From NCBI GenBank assembly GCA_977016875.1, contig CDRNST010000056.1, positions 2,728,001 to 2,792,000 of the forward strand: a DNA stretch of 64,000 bases, in the 5' to 3' direction. The DNA comes from Pavona decussata. Taxonomy: Eukaryota. Positions within the stretch are counted from its first letter, which is position 1. The number at the start of each line of letters is the position of its first letter. Below, piece by piece: positions 1-12,733 of this stretch. A program made the position numbers and the translations under genes. The notes beneath the pieces were generated by a model. That model worked only from the letters and a program-made list of their open reading frames with translations. It had not been told where the DNA came from and made no database searches.

Positions 1-2755
1 AACGGAAGGTAAAGGAACATATTGCCAGTGGATAAGAAACTAGAAGAGACTGGGGAGAGGGAGTGGGCGACAGGGTAGCGTAATAAATTCTTCAGCCCAG
101 TTGACCCACAGAGTCATAAATCGAGACTGATTCGATATGCTCACTTTATTATTAAATAATTCGTTGCAGCGGATAAACCCAAAATCGAAAACAGCAAATT
201 GGATGGCGAAGATGGTGATATAGTTTCGAGGTGTTGTGGCTATGATTGAGTTGCCCGAACTAGAAAATTAACGAACAGAAAACTACCTTAATTAACACTC
301 TAAAAATGTGAGATGTGAAACTAATTACGCGATGAGCAAACTAAAGCAATGGGCGAAGCTAAGGTACGAAACTTAACCATAAACACAGAGATATTAATAT
401 TATGCTACTAGATATGAAAACTAAAAACTTACTTTAGTCTCCGAGTTGTGAAAGATTTCTTAAGTATTTCAGTCTTGATTGAGTTCGTAAAAGCTGAACC
501 CTAGCTAACTACGTGGAAAAAGGAGGGTTTCGTGATCGGTGCACGAGTTCTTAAACCTTAAGGCACGTGGCTTTATAATTGACATGATTAATTACCCTAA
601 CAAGGGTTTATTTGTTTTAGACCGCACGTGGAGAAAGGAAACATAAGAAACTATGAAATTGGCGAACTGCCACGAACACAACTGATTATTGGGCGTGCAA
701 AACTAACAGAGGGGGCGAAACAACCTCACCTTCTCTCTCCAGTCTCCTCGCCTTTCTTGTCGCTCGGATCGCATAAATTTGTTATGATGATGGTATAGTT
801 CATACAGAAATATAACTTTTTTCCAACTTAGTTTTTCTAATTTGTTGTCTTAATATATAATTTGAACACAATGAACATACTCGGATTTACTTTCATTCTC
901 GAGGTCTTCTCTGTAGGACAAATACTCTCTTTGAATTCTATTCCAGAGAAAATCAAGCTTTTCTTCGTCCTTGTCAACATTTAAAAACAAGCTCAAGACT
1001 TACTCCATGTGGACTACAATCTCTGAATTTGTATCTGTTTGACTCTCGTGAACATTATTCGGGACCCTTTGAAACGAGGTGCCTTTAAGCTACGACAAAG
1101 AAAAGTGAGGGTATTCAAAAGTTGTCCAAAGGATGATGTTTGTGGGGTTTAAAGGGGCAATACAACGGGGATTTTGCTCTGTTGTGATGAAAAATGTACC
1201 ATATATTTAAACAAGTTACTTTTGCTCAAACATGAAATTGATTCTAGCAGTAACTAAGGGCTTGGGGTTGGGGATGCGGGGAAGTTGGTCACTGTTACAC
1301 CACTTGCAAAGTAATGCTGTAGTTTACCATGCGATATGAAAACAGGGAAGTCATTTGTTTTGTGCGAAGTCCAAGCTGATTTGACATATCCAATTTAACA
1401 GTCATCAAGCCTGATTACTGCTTGTGGACGGAATACCTTGTGTGTGAATGAATGTAAACTGAATGAAAATAAATCGAATTCAGTTGAATTTCAAAACAAA
1501 ATCAAAACTGTACCAACACGACCGCAACTGGAACCCAACAAAACGGAAGTTCAGAGCTCATGTTCGCCGTCATTAGTTAATGTTTTAATGTCTAGTTCAC
1601 AGCAGAGAAGCTTGCCGTAATTATAAAATGACGGTTTAATTTCTAGTTTACTGAGTGGTGTGGCCTTCTGCTTCTGCTGGAGGGGGGCTTATATCCGGAT
1701 GGGCTTATAATCGGACGTATTTTTTTGTTTGCATGTAGGTGGGCCTATAACCGAGGGGGCTTAGAAGCGGATGGTTTATAAGCGGCAGTGTACGGTATCT
1801 TATAAGCACGTTTAAACGCTGTGTCATATACATTAGTTAACTATTAACCACTTATGTTTTCAAATTTAAATTTTAGAGCCCTTAATTTCTCTCATTAAAA
1901 CTGTGACCCTGAAGAAGACTAGTAGTACTAGTTGAAATATTGCCCCAATAATATTACTCTTTGTCGTATAGTGTCAGCCATGCAATAAGTTTGGTTTATT
2001 TACAAGCAAATTAACATCTATCACGTGCATCTCCACTACAAAGGATCCGGCATGCACCCAAAATTATTCAAAACAGTTTATTTGGGCGTCTTGTGGTCCC
2101 CTTCATTCAAAAGCCAGGCAGAGAGCTTTGTTGTTACTTTGAATTCGTAGGGTGTGAGAGGCAAGCGGAATTTAGAATTTAAAAACAGGCTATCCAAAAT
2201 CTTAGAAAGCAAAAACTGCACGGAAATTCCTGTACAACGCAAAAATTACGCTTGCCGCAAAGGAAAGGAGATGAAGACGTTCCTTCCAGTATTATTAATA
2301 ATTATTAATTATTAAAGCGAACGCGCGCGCACCCTAAAAAATTCTAAAGCTAAGTCATCTGAAATGCCTAGAAATACATCTAAAATTGTAAATTAAATTA
2401 AGTTTTCATTGTATCAACTTAAAAATGTTTTCTTTTCTTTTGAAATACTGGAGCCAATTTCAGGCTTCAAAGAAAACCTTCAAAAACTAAGTTGCATCAA
2501 AACGAGCAGAGCAAAAGAATGCAACAAGGAAAAATATAATAATCATCAACCCAACTCGATCACAGACATTTTTAAAACTGTTAATAACGACAAGTCCGGT
2601 TACATGTGTATTACTGAACAGTTTTCCTGGTAACATTACCTTTAGCATTGATCACTTTTCACAGATTTTCTAAGCACTCAGCGAAAAACAAATTTCTGGG
2701 CTATTCAAGCGGCCCTTAAACATACAATTTATTGAATCTCATTTTATTTATTGTA

Positions 2756-3213
2756 CACTGTTTTTTTTGTTATAAGAACCTATTTTATAAGAAATTCGAG
2801 GCTGAGATTAACCAATATTTTAAGAACGTATTTTAAAAGAACATTCCTCAGGCTGGGAGTCGATTAAGAACGTTTTTATTTTGCTAATCTGTATATAAAA
2901 TCAAGGTAACAAATGTAAATTAAACAAAATACTTAGGGGCATGTTTTGTATAACATTAACAATCATGGTGACACACATCTCGGTTTGTCATAATCAGCAG
3001 TTCTTGATACCATATCTCAGCAGGCAATGCACTTTGGAAGGTTTCCTAGTCACTTCCGCATTGATTTACTGAAATACATGTAGTGTATACTATGCAATTT
3101 AAAAACATCTTAAGAACGTTTTCAGCCTTAAATCGCAGAAAAATATAAGAACATTCAGCCTCAGCTACAAAATTAGAGGCGTTCTTATAAAAAAAAAAAA
3201 AAAAAACAGAGTG
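2756..3213. mobile_element. Non-autonomous DNA transposon (MITE) with TA target duplication, Tc1/mariner-like
   Basis: Ends are TA|CACTGTTTTTTT...AAAAAACAGAGTG|TA with inverted subterminal TTATAAGAAC / GAGGCTGA motifs. A second copy is at 59320-59750. Confidence 0.8.
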
Positions 3214-4713
3214 TACCTCATTTCTCATGTCTGACGTTGAATGTAACTCACGCGTTACAGATGAAAATTGAATGTACACTTCGTTCAGCATTTTAGGCCA
3301 TGCACCTCCAAAGTACATATACAACCGTGCAGCTGCGTCTGCTGCCGGTGACACCGCTCTTGGCAGCTACACTTGGTCAGTTAATCGAACATAACCCATT
3401 TTGGAGGTTCAGCTGTAGCGTTGTTTCAATCACAACCCCAACAGCTAAAAAACAAATGCCTATCTAGATTGGGGGGGAATTCTGCACCCTCTATAAATTC
3501 GGAGGTATAAAACTAATGAAGATGACACTTAGAGTGATAGATAGTTCGTCAAAATATGTTTCCCTTTAATTTAGGTCTGTAACGGAAAGTAATGATGTCA
3601 TGACGCGAAAATGAATGGCGGCCATTTTGGATTGATTGCATGCACTTTGGGAGAGAAAAGATATTCATCGGAGTTAGATTTGTCACAAGACAACTTCTTA
3701 AGGGGCGAAACATGAAGGACAAACGACGGATTCGGGAGAGGAGGGATGAAGTCTGGATTTATTAAAAAACAGACTTAAGAAAGTCTATGTCAGAGTCACT
3801 CCTTATTTTTGGGTATTACAAGGAGGTAAGGTAACGTCTAGTAGAAATTGAACTGAAAACTTCTATAGGGCCCAAAAATTGGACTTTTGTGACAACAACA
3901 AGTTTTGGTACAAGCGCTATACTCAGTTGTGAGTTTTGAGTGGATGAACAAAAGCATGATGCTTGACTTGTTGTGCATGAGCTCCTAGGGTAATAAGTAG
4001 TTTAGTATGCACCGCTTGGTCCTGTCTTCTGCGGAGGAACCTCATTAATTTGCAGGAGAATAAATTAACGTCTATGACGTTATGTGGCGGAGGTTACATT
4101 ATTGGAAAAGATGACATCATAATCTAAAAATAGAATAACTGCATCATCGGGGTGGAAGGGGGTCATGTGATTTATCATTGTAAAAGAGGGTAGAATGTTT
4201 AGGGTATAACTGGTTTGACAGGGTTTTGAAGGAGATGTCGACGGAATCGCTTAGAAAATAGAAAACTTTTTTTGGTTCATTGATTACTTGCCGCTAAATT
4301 GTTCATGTTAATAATGGCGCCCACAAACTAAACACACACAGAGGTTTCACAATATGTATATCACAATAAAGCTTATTATATCTTTGATGTTGATGACTGT
4401 CCACCTTCACTCACGTTATCAGGGGTCAACGCGCTTTGGGCTATCAGATCGGAGACTAAAACGGTGTCAAACGGTGCATACTATAATACTGCAATACGAC
4501 TCGGAAACCCGAGACAACTGTATCTCGGTTACCAAAGAAACACTAGCACCAGGGATACCCTACCTCCTTTAAAGTATGCAGGCCCTTAAATGGAGATTGG
4601 AACTAAACCATTTCGTCTCGAGTTCTTTCTCTCTTGGGGTTGTTCTTGTTCCCTCCGTTTTGTAGTCAGCCAGCGTTTGTTCCTCTTGAGCTGAATCCTC
4701 TGCCTTCCCGGAG

Positions 4714-5745
4714 TCAGTTGTTTCCAACACGTTGATTTTTTTCTTTCGGATATAGACGCTTTCCGTCTTGGAAATCATTTTCGGTTCCACTTTTGTTGGA
4801 AACCTTTTCAAATTCATCTTCCGTTTCAGCGTTTGTTTCCTTGCATGGCTTGTCATCCTGCATTACCATCGTCTTCTTCTTTAAGCAATCCGGGTGCGTC
4901 TCTGCTGGTTCTGTTTCCGATTCACTTTTACTGCACATCTCTCCTTTTTCGACAGTTTGGAGCCGAATTTTTTCCATGTTGGTAATTAGACGATGGACGA
5001 CATTCCCTCTGAAGGTGAAATGCGCTTCTCCTTCGGAAACGCTGCCCAATCCTTTTTTGCTGGACTCTTCTTCCACACCGAACTCTGTCGCCATTCCAGT
5101 TCCTGCACTTGGCATCCCCTTTTCCACCATCGTCTTCTTTTCGTTTATCCCCCAAGCTCCTCTACGCTCAATCACCGGAAAAAATGAGCTTGCAATGAGT
5201 GCACCAGAGAGAGCGCCTGATGTCGAAAAACAGATATCTCCTTTTTGCAGTTTTTCTCCACCATCAAGTCTACTCTCTTTGGCTTCAGGCACGCGAAGAT
5301 GAGCTGGCAGAGCCTCGGAGGGCATTACCTTATTACCACCAAAAAACGTGATTCCATTTGCTTTAATGCCACCATTCTTCTTAGCAGCAGCCTGTTCAGG
5401 GTTTCGTTTCCCTATTTCTTTACCCGGTCCAGTTGGCCTCTCTTTAAAATCACTTGATCCAAAGGGATCTTTCAGGAATTGCTTAAAGGCGGAGCGAAGT
5501 CTTCTGAACCGAAGGTAGTAGATGATCGGGTTCACTACGCTTGAAAAGAAAGTAGCGTTCCACGCGACAAAGCCGAACCAAGAGTCGACCTGGCTCATTT
5601 CCCTTTGACCCACCACTGCATACACGATTGCAGGAACATATGACATGAAATAAGCAGCTACTGTCATGGCGATGGTCTTGGTCGCTTTGATGTATGTTTG
5701 CAGTCGGGCTTGTTCTTGAAGTGCGCGTGAATTCATCTGCGCTTT
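4714..5745 (-). CDS. GPCR exon 2 (TM6, TM7 and a long low-complexity C-terminal tail)
   Basis: A polypyrimidine tract and CAG acceptor at 5748-5746 join exon 1 in phase 0. It encodes KATKTIAMTVAAYFMSYVP (TM6), FFSSVVNPIIYYLR (NPxxY, TM7) and helix 8 (RLRSAFKQFL). Confidence 0.85.
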   Translation of the reverse strand, partial: KAQMNSRALQEQARLQTYIKATKTIAMTVAAYFMSYVPAIVYAVVGQREMSQVDSWFGFVAWNATFFSSVVNPIIYYLRFRRLRSAFKQFLKDPFGSSDFKERPTGPGKEIGKRNPEQAAAKKNGGIKANGITFFGGNKVMPSEALPAHLRVPEAKESRLDGGEKLQKGDICFSTSGALSGALIASSFFPVIERRGAWGINEKKTMVEKGMPSAGTGMATEFGVEEESSKKGLGSVSEGEAHFTFRGNVVHRLITNMEKIRLQTVEKGEMCSKSESETEPAETHPDCLKKKTMVMQDDKPCKETNAETEDEFEKVSNKSGTENDFQDGKRLYPKEKNQRVGNN

Positions 5746-7537
5746 CTGTAAAGAGAACACAAAAAAGGATTCCTCAAGCAACTAAAAGACAATCGGCGTG
5801 GGTAAATGGCTGTATTAATACTACACGTATGTGGCAGACACCTGCGTGACCACAGTAACATAACTACACATGCATCTATCAATCTCGTCCTCAGAGTCAC
5901 GATCCTTTTGGTCAGTGCCACGATCAAGGGCACCGGTGATTTAAGGTAGCGCTGGCCTAAAGGATCGCAGTCATGGGAGGAGAACGTTCACCCAAGTACC
6001 CAGGCATTACTACGCGCTTGCGGTGGTGGATGTATAGTTTACATAACTGTATGTATATTTTGTATCCGACTTAAGCGAATGTATTATATATGCAGTAGGA
6101 CAACATGCTGGCCAATTTGGATGAGAAAAAATTCCTAGCTTTGCCAAAATTGGACGAAACCACAGGCGTCAACAGGTCATGTCCAGTTTGGCTTTCAGAT
6201 GACATTTTAGAATCCATTTCTTTCCAAAATTGAAAAAGCAAGCAGTGCTGTTACTTGCGAATTACATTGTACGGTGTTAGGTAATAATACACACTACGCA
6301 TGAGAATTTTGAAACTAATCCACTAATAATACGAGTTAACACCTCAGCGACATGATAGAGTGACTACGTGCACTAACAGTAGCCAACTGACTTCGAGTTG
6401 GTATAATATTCTATTAAAAGTTATTTACAAACTGAAATCTTATATTTCACTGCCCGCAAGTTTGACGCAGGAGAATGTAAGCCTTAGATGAGAAATCAAG
6501 CTTTTTCTTCGTCAGCTGGCTATGTCTCTGTAATGGAGCGACAGATTAGCTCTCCTGAAGATTTTTGTAGAAGCACTCTCGGAAATGGAATCATTGTTAA
6601 CTGGTTTTTATAAAGCCGGTTGGCTTCAATGTCCTATGAGAGGCTCGTAGCTACTCTACTAAGCTTGCTTTGGGTAACAACAAGTTTAAGGTAAAAGTAT
6701 AGTAGCATCGAGATAATTTCTTGGAGATTCTATGCTCCCTATTTTTTAATTAATGGAAGTCTTATCAATCCGCAGCCTGGTTGACAACCTTCTAGCCTTT
6801 GATGAAGAGTAGCCATGCTGTCACGATGAAGCAGAGAAAACACGAATTGAGATCGAGCAATGATTGTACACGCACAGTGGCAAAACTTTTCCTCTTTAAT
6901 AGAACTTAAGTTCAAAGAGTTCATTTTATCATGATTTCGGTTATGTTCGTTTTGCGTTTCAACACAAGCAGGATTGGTCACGATCAATCAATGTATGTTG
7001 TTGTCCGCGCATTTAAAAAGTCAACGCGCTTACAATTATAGGAAAGTTGTAAAGATACGTTAGAAACGTTGTTCTCAGATACAAATGCTTTTAAAGGTAG
7101 TTTTGAAAGATTGCAGCGACGAAGCATTTTGATAGTGATTTTTAGTTCACTTTAGTTCTATAAAGTCGATGAAGAATAAGAAAATTGCGTTGGCGGGTAT
7201 ATCACTGTCACAACTGGAGTGAGTGAGAAGAGAGTTAGAGGAAGAGCGAAGATTACGTGAAAAGCGCGATATTCCTGTAGAACGATGGATACATAGGCCG
7301 GGAACAGACCAATGTTATGACATGAAGAATCTTGTAAGTGATGGGAACAACTTTAAAAATATTACACGTGATTCTTTGGGTATCCATTGCAGATCTCAGA
7401 AGACAGGTGGCTCTGTGGCTCCGTGATGAAACGTACCTGCAGCAGTTTTCTGGACTCGCTGAATGTTTGTTTATATAATTCTTGCCTGGGCAGACCATGG
7501 AGAATGTTGTTTCAGCAGTATAATCCAAGCGTTATAA

Positions 7538-7818
7538 GTAATATAGCAAACACAAGAAAGAGTGTTTCATTCGATTTCCATTCACCCTGAAGTGGGTTAA
7601 AAAAACAACTGAAGGCGCAGTTAACTTTTTTTTTAACCGACTTCGAGGCGTTTGGAAATCACATGAAACACTCTGTCCAGTATTTGACGAAGCTTCTCTA
7701 CCGAAATAATACTTTTTGGAGAAATTCAACGAAAACGTTCACCAAATTTTGTGATAATTAAGATCACGTTTTCAAATCTTCTTCATGGTAGTGATTTCCT
7801 ATGTTTTCTCTTCGTGAA
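7538..7818. repeat. Interspersed repeat (about 280 bp, partly palindromic); second copy at about 57190-57480
   Basis: The two loci are clearly similar. The 57 kb copy is absent from the paralogous upstream region at about 27590. Confidence 0.6.
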
Positions 7819-8338
7819 AAATCACATTTTTGTCGTATTATCCTGAAGTGGTCTGTCAAAAAAGTTTAATACATTTTTATGCTTGAATTAAAACACAAAT
7901 ACATATATGCTGAAATCTGAGATGTAACATTTAATTCGATTGTATAATCAAATTAGATCGCGTCATTCCAAATACTTTATACGGCTTTGTATTCGGACTT
8001 CCTCAACATTTTGGAAAAATATTCTTGCGAAAGAATCAAATAAGAAACCATTTTCGAAAGGTCTTGTCCTAAAAAATGCGTTAAAATATTTTGAAAGAAG
8101 TATATATGAAGTTGAGTGAAGTGGTGGCACCCGAAAACAAGCCAGGCCGAGTGGAGAGTACAATAATCCCTCCTTTTGTAAATTTTGTTCAACCTCGTTT
8201 TGTCATATATATGCCTAAAACGAAAAATTCTTTCTGTCTATTTTGTTTCTGTTCGACAGTGCCGCAATCTTTAATTTCTGATAGTTTTTAAACTCACGAC
8301 CTTTACCTAAACTGACTGAGAAAGACGTATTGACATAC

Positions 8339-8955
8339 CTTCTTTTTCTGCTTCTTGATCGAGTGAATCGTCAGAAAACCAACCAGTCCACCGCAAATGA
8401 TGAACAATGCCATAAACCCCGCCACAAAATATTTTCCCTGTTTGTAAATCTCAGCTCTGTATTCAATACCATGAGCGTCGCCGAGATCGATGCTGAACAG
8501 TGGAATTGAGCATAATACCACCATCAAGGTACAGGTTAACCAGATGAGGCAAGAACTAACTACAGCTTTCCTTTTAGTCTTCCAGGCCAAGTATCTCATG
8601 TCGAAAGCAATGGCAAAGTACATGCTTGCCATCAAAGCTAGCATCGACGCAAGATTGAGAACAATGAAGAGGCGATTGAAAAAGCTGGCCACGATGGCCA
8701 GCGTCTTTCCTCTGAACCAAGTCGTCTCCCATACCGTGGAGATCAAGTAAACAGGCATGTTGATGACTGCGTTGAGTATGTCAACGGCAGAAAGATTGGC
8801 GATGAGGACGTTCGGAAGTCACCATGTGTTCGTAGAGATTTAAATCGGGCGATGACGGCCAGAACCGAACCATTACCAAACACTGCACAAAGGCCTTGAA
8901 CAACGGCTAGCACACTCATGACGAGTTTGCTGGAAAATGGCTTCGATGGATACAT
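8339..8955 (-). pseudogene. Rhodopsin-family (class A) GPCR, exon 1 (TM1-TM5), frameshifted near 8825
   Basis: The ORF from 8955 gives TM1 (AVFGNGSVLAVIARFKSLRT). After an apparent 8-bp insertion another frame continues LPNVLIANLSAVDILNAVINMP (TM2) into ORF 8303..8758 (TM3-TM5). The GT donor is at 8338-8337 after KKQKKK, phase 0. Confidence 0.8.
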
Positions 8956-9282
8956 TTTGAAAGTGTTTCTTTTCCCCTAGAGAGCAGGCGTCTCAAGTGT
9001 TGTGCTAGTTTAGACTGTGTAAGAAATTTGTTCTCCTATTCAAATTTAAATTCTGTAATTTCCTGTGCATTGATAAAGAAGCAAGAGACACTTCGGTTTG
9101 CAGGTGATTTGTTGTGAAAAATAAAAAATTAGATAACAGTAGATTCTCTAGCAACCTTTGTGGCATTGTGGGTGTTGAGTTATGGGATCACCTGGTTAAA
9201 GGGTTCTCAATCACCACTGAAATCAGTGGGTATAATATAGCGAAATTGTGTATGTAGGAGGAAGGTTGTAAGTTGGGAAAAA

Positions 9283-9735
9283 AATTAAAAATACTCATAT
9301 TGAGGGAGCAAAAGACTGCAGGGCAGCCACCTCGACTACGACAGAGCAAAAACAAAAACAAACAAAAAATTAAAAATACTTATATTGCCGGAGGGAACAA
9401 AAGACTGCACTGCAACCACCTCGACCGCAACAGAGCAAAAACAAAAACAACAAAAGATAAAAAAAATACTCATATTGAGGGAGGAAAAGACTGCAGGGCA
9501 GCCACCTCGACCACAGCAGAGCAAAAAAGAAAACAACAAAAATTTAAAAATACTTATATTGAGGGAGCAAAAGACTGCAGTGCAACCACCTCGACAAAAA
9601 CAGAGCAAAAACAAAAACAACGAAAGATAAAAAAATACTCATATTGAGGGAGCAAAAGACTGCAGGGCAGCCACCTCGACCACAATAGAGTAAAAGCAAC
9701 AACAAAAAGAAATTAAAAATATTTATATTAAAGGA
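9283..9735. repeat. Minisatellite, unit about 85-90 bp, about 5.5 copies, alternating A/B variants
   Basis: AAAATACT(C/T)ATATTGAGGGAGCAAAAGACTGCA...CCACCTCGAC recurs at about 9288, 9373, 9463, 9547, 9632 and 9716 (partial). Confidence 0.9.
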
Positions 9736-10003
9736 GCAACAGTAGATAATCCAAAAAAGGTTAATTAGATTATAAGACGTTAGAAACATAAAAATGAAAA
9801 GAGGAGAATACAGGAAACTAAAAACATCGAGTTTTGGTAATATAATGTAAATAAAATCAGTTAAAAGGAAATAGTGGTTAAATGGAGTTTTGAGATAAAA
9901 AAATATCTCGTTCTCAAAATCGTATGCAGTAGTGGATGGAAATTGTTGTTTCCACATTTGACATGAGCACTGAGTATCATCTCTTGTTGTGTGATGTAAC
10001 TTA

Positions 10004-10429
10004 CTAAGAATAGGTATTTTTTATGTCCTCATTAAGGTGGAGCCATTCATTGTGGTGTATATCGAAATAAAACCATTGGCTGGATTTGGTGGAGAGGTGG
10101 CCTCTGAAGAAATCAAGTTGTCGTAACCGTTTGTCTCCTTTGGAGAAGTCGTTCCAGAGTTGTGAGGTGGGAATCCATTCTGTAATTAACTGTGGGGAGC
10201 AGCCATTTCCGACGAAAAATAAAAAAAGTTTGAAGGTTTCCACATACCCAATGGGTTTCTTCCAGAATAATAATTGATACTGGTTGGGCAAGCTTGAGAT
10301 AGGGTAAAAAGCATCTCTATTTAAAACTTGGAAGAGTTCTTGCCTCATTGTAATGATAGATTGTTTGGAGAGGTGTTGGATTCTTGATCGGAATAACGTC
10401 AGTGCAGAAAAAGTAGGTTCTTGTTCCAT
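10004..10429 (-). CDS. Uncharacterised 141-aa ORF, probably carried by a mobile or viral element
   Basis: ATG-initiated and uninterrupted, with globular-protein-like composition (FYPISSLP, LFWKKP, FKLFLFFVGNGCSPQLITEWI, WFYFD). No family recognised. Confidence 0.4.
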   Translation of the reverse strand: MEQEPTFSALTLFRSRIQHLSKQSIITMRQELFQVLNRDAFYPISSLPNQYQLLFWKKPIGYVETFKLFLFFVGNGCSPQLITEWIPTSQLWNDFSKGDKRLRQLDFFRGHLSTKSSQWFYFDIHHNEWLHLNEDIKNTYS

Positions 10430-12733
10430 TGGGGGTCTGTTATAACAATTCGGTGAATCTGTCTACTGCTTATGCTTATCCTAAATTCCGAATTAATCTA
10501 AAAGGGCGAATACTATATAACAACCTTTGTTAATAATTTCTTTAACGGCAAATTTTTTTTCTTTGCATGAGAATATTCGAATAGGCAATCACTGGGGTCA
10601 TCAGACTCTGCGTATTTACACAACGGGACCACTCTGCCATCCTAAAGGATCTATGCATGAAATGGTTTCTGTAATAGAAAGGAGAAATACTTCATTCGCT
10701 CATGTCCCAGATTGTTTGTAACCGTCGATTTAAACTCAAATTTAAAACGTGAAGGAGGAAAAAAACCTTGTAAAACTTTGACTGTTTGAGCTTTCCTGAT
10801 ACACGCAGTGAAAACCGTGGGAAATATTCATTGCAAATCTAGCGGAACCCTATTCAACAAGCCATTGACGACATTAAATAAACTGCCTCCCAAGGATTTC
10901 GCGGCTCAGCTTGGCGACTCTTTGCGCGTTCCCATTATCGAGCGAACGATGCTAATTGATGCCTATTTTGGCAACTGACCACCGCCGCACGCTGGAAACA
11001 CGAAGCGACGACCACACTAGAGGAAACAAAATTGCTGCGAAAAAATGGGGCTGGCTATTATCAGTCTTAAAAGTATAAGATTTTATTTAGTTTCGACTTC
11101 GCATTACAGTCAACCCAGGTCACGCGTGAACGATTTTTTTGAAATTTGAACGGAGTTTTGAAATTTACATGTCAGTTTTGAAAATCGCCAACGAGATTTC
11201 AGAGTTCCCGTATAAATTTCCCTGCCTTATTGACGGTATAAAGCTATGAATTTTTCTTTACATTGCAAAATTGAATATTTCAAGAATAACAATTGTTTCC
11301 CAAGTATTTTGAATCGTTTTTTCAGCTAATGCGTCTTTTTCGGAACGATTTCCAGAGAAATGTCCAACATTCCATTCGGTGAGGGTAAAAAGGCGGAATG
11401 ATTTTGCGGAATGGTATGTGGAATGGCGTGCGGAATGGCATAATTATGCGAAATACGATTTACGTGGGAAATAAATTAACTGAAGAGCGCGTCATGTTTT
11501 CGCGCCAATTTTATAAGAGCAGCAGCTTTTTTGATGCTGCGGACTCTTGCTAAATATTAACAACAATTCGAGGATTTGATCGTCTGATTGTTGATTTGGA
11601 AGAAGTGAGGGTAAAGAAAGCGATGAAAACTGTTTATAGTTTTCGCATTCAAGGAACTATGAGTAAATCCGTAGTAAATTAAATTTCATGTTCACTTTAG
11701 GCTCCATGCGACTTCGGTTGACAAAAATAACGTGGCAGCGTGAAGTCTTCTCAGGACAAAGATTGATCCTTTACCGAGGGCAAATGATAAACATTTTTTT
11801 CTTTTTTTTTTAACCCTCGGTAAAAGATCAATTCTCATACCCTGTATGCTCGATGATTCATTTATCATGAGCGGGAAAATGAACAACAATTTCACCAAAA
11901 TGCATCTGTGATAAGAATAGTTTCACAACCTTTCACACAACCAGTGTCGATAATTAGACACCATACTTGTCATCTGCTTTTTTGCTCTAGGGCTTTTCGC
12001 TTTTAAATCTCATTTTAGGTTGGGACGTCTGGCACTGAAAGACTTTAATTAAAGACGGATATGTTTAGTTCGATAACGCGTAACTGAACTATAGTGTGTG
12101 TGCGGACACGTGACCCTTGATTTACCGTCCGTCATGTTGGAGGACCACTTTGATGGGTTTTCCCTGTGTTTACCATTCAGAGTGCGGGCATCGCAAGTGC
12201 TTTCAAGATATACCTCGCATTTTCCTTTCCTTCCTTGTGAATTAAAATCGGAAAGGTAGCTAATTTACAGTGCCCTTTTGTCATTTAAGGTATATTTCAA
12301 CCACAAAGCCCCTTTATATCGATTTTTTGAGCCCTATTTTTTTCAATTTCTAAAACCGATTATTCCGCTCACTTTGTTTTGTCGGCTCGATTACTTTTAA
12401 ATTTGAAAACATGATCCCGGTGTTGAAAATCGGTGAAACTAATAAAAATTGGTTTTAGTGCAACAGTTTCTTATAAATTGGGATCATTTTCATTTTCGAC
12501 ATGACTACGAGTGAAGAAATCATGACAAAAAATTGTAAAATCTACCAGTCTCACGGCGTATCTCTGCGCGATTTGTCTCGGTTCATTGATTGCACGCTAC
12601 AATTTGTCTGCCTGAATTTTTTTATTCGAATTTAAATGGTTTCTATGAGAAAAATTGCCTTGATCCACGCGCGTTTCAGTGCAAGCAGCCTTCGAACGAT
12701 CAAACTAGAGTGTGAATTGGTCTTGTTGATATA

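Noticed and set aside
1905-1950. Hammerhead-like CTGAAGA...GAAA motifs here and at about 45282 and 54789
   Set aside because: Stem I and the cleavage triplet could not be completed convincingly; these are probably decayed Penelope pLTR relics.
3578-4351. Possible solo LTR (TGTAAC...TTTCACA)
   Set aside because: No matching target-site duplication, PBS or second copy is visible.
9283-9735. Regularly spaced repeats resembling a CRISPR array
   Set aside because: The intervening sequences are homologous A-rich tracts rather than unique spacers, the context is eukaryotic, and there are no cas genes.
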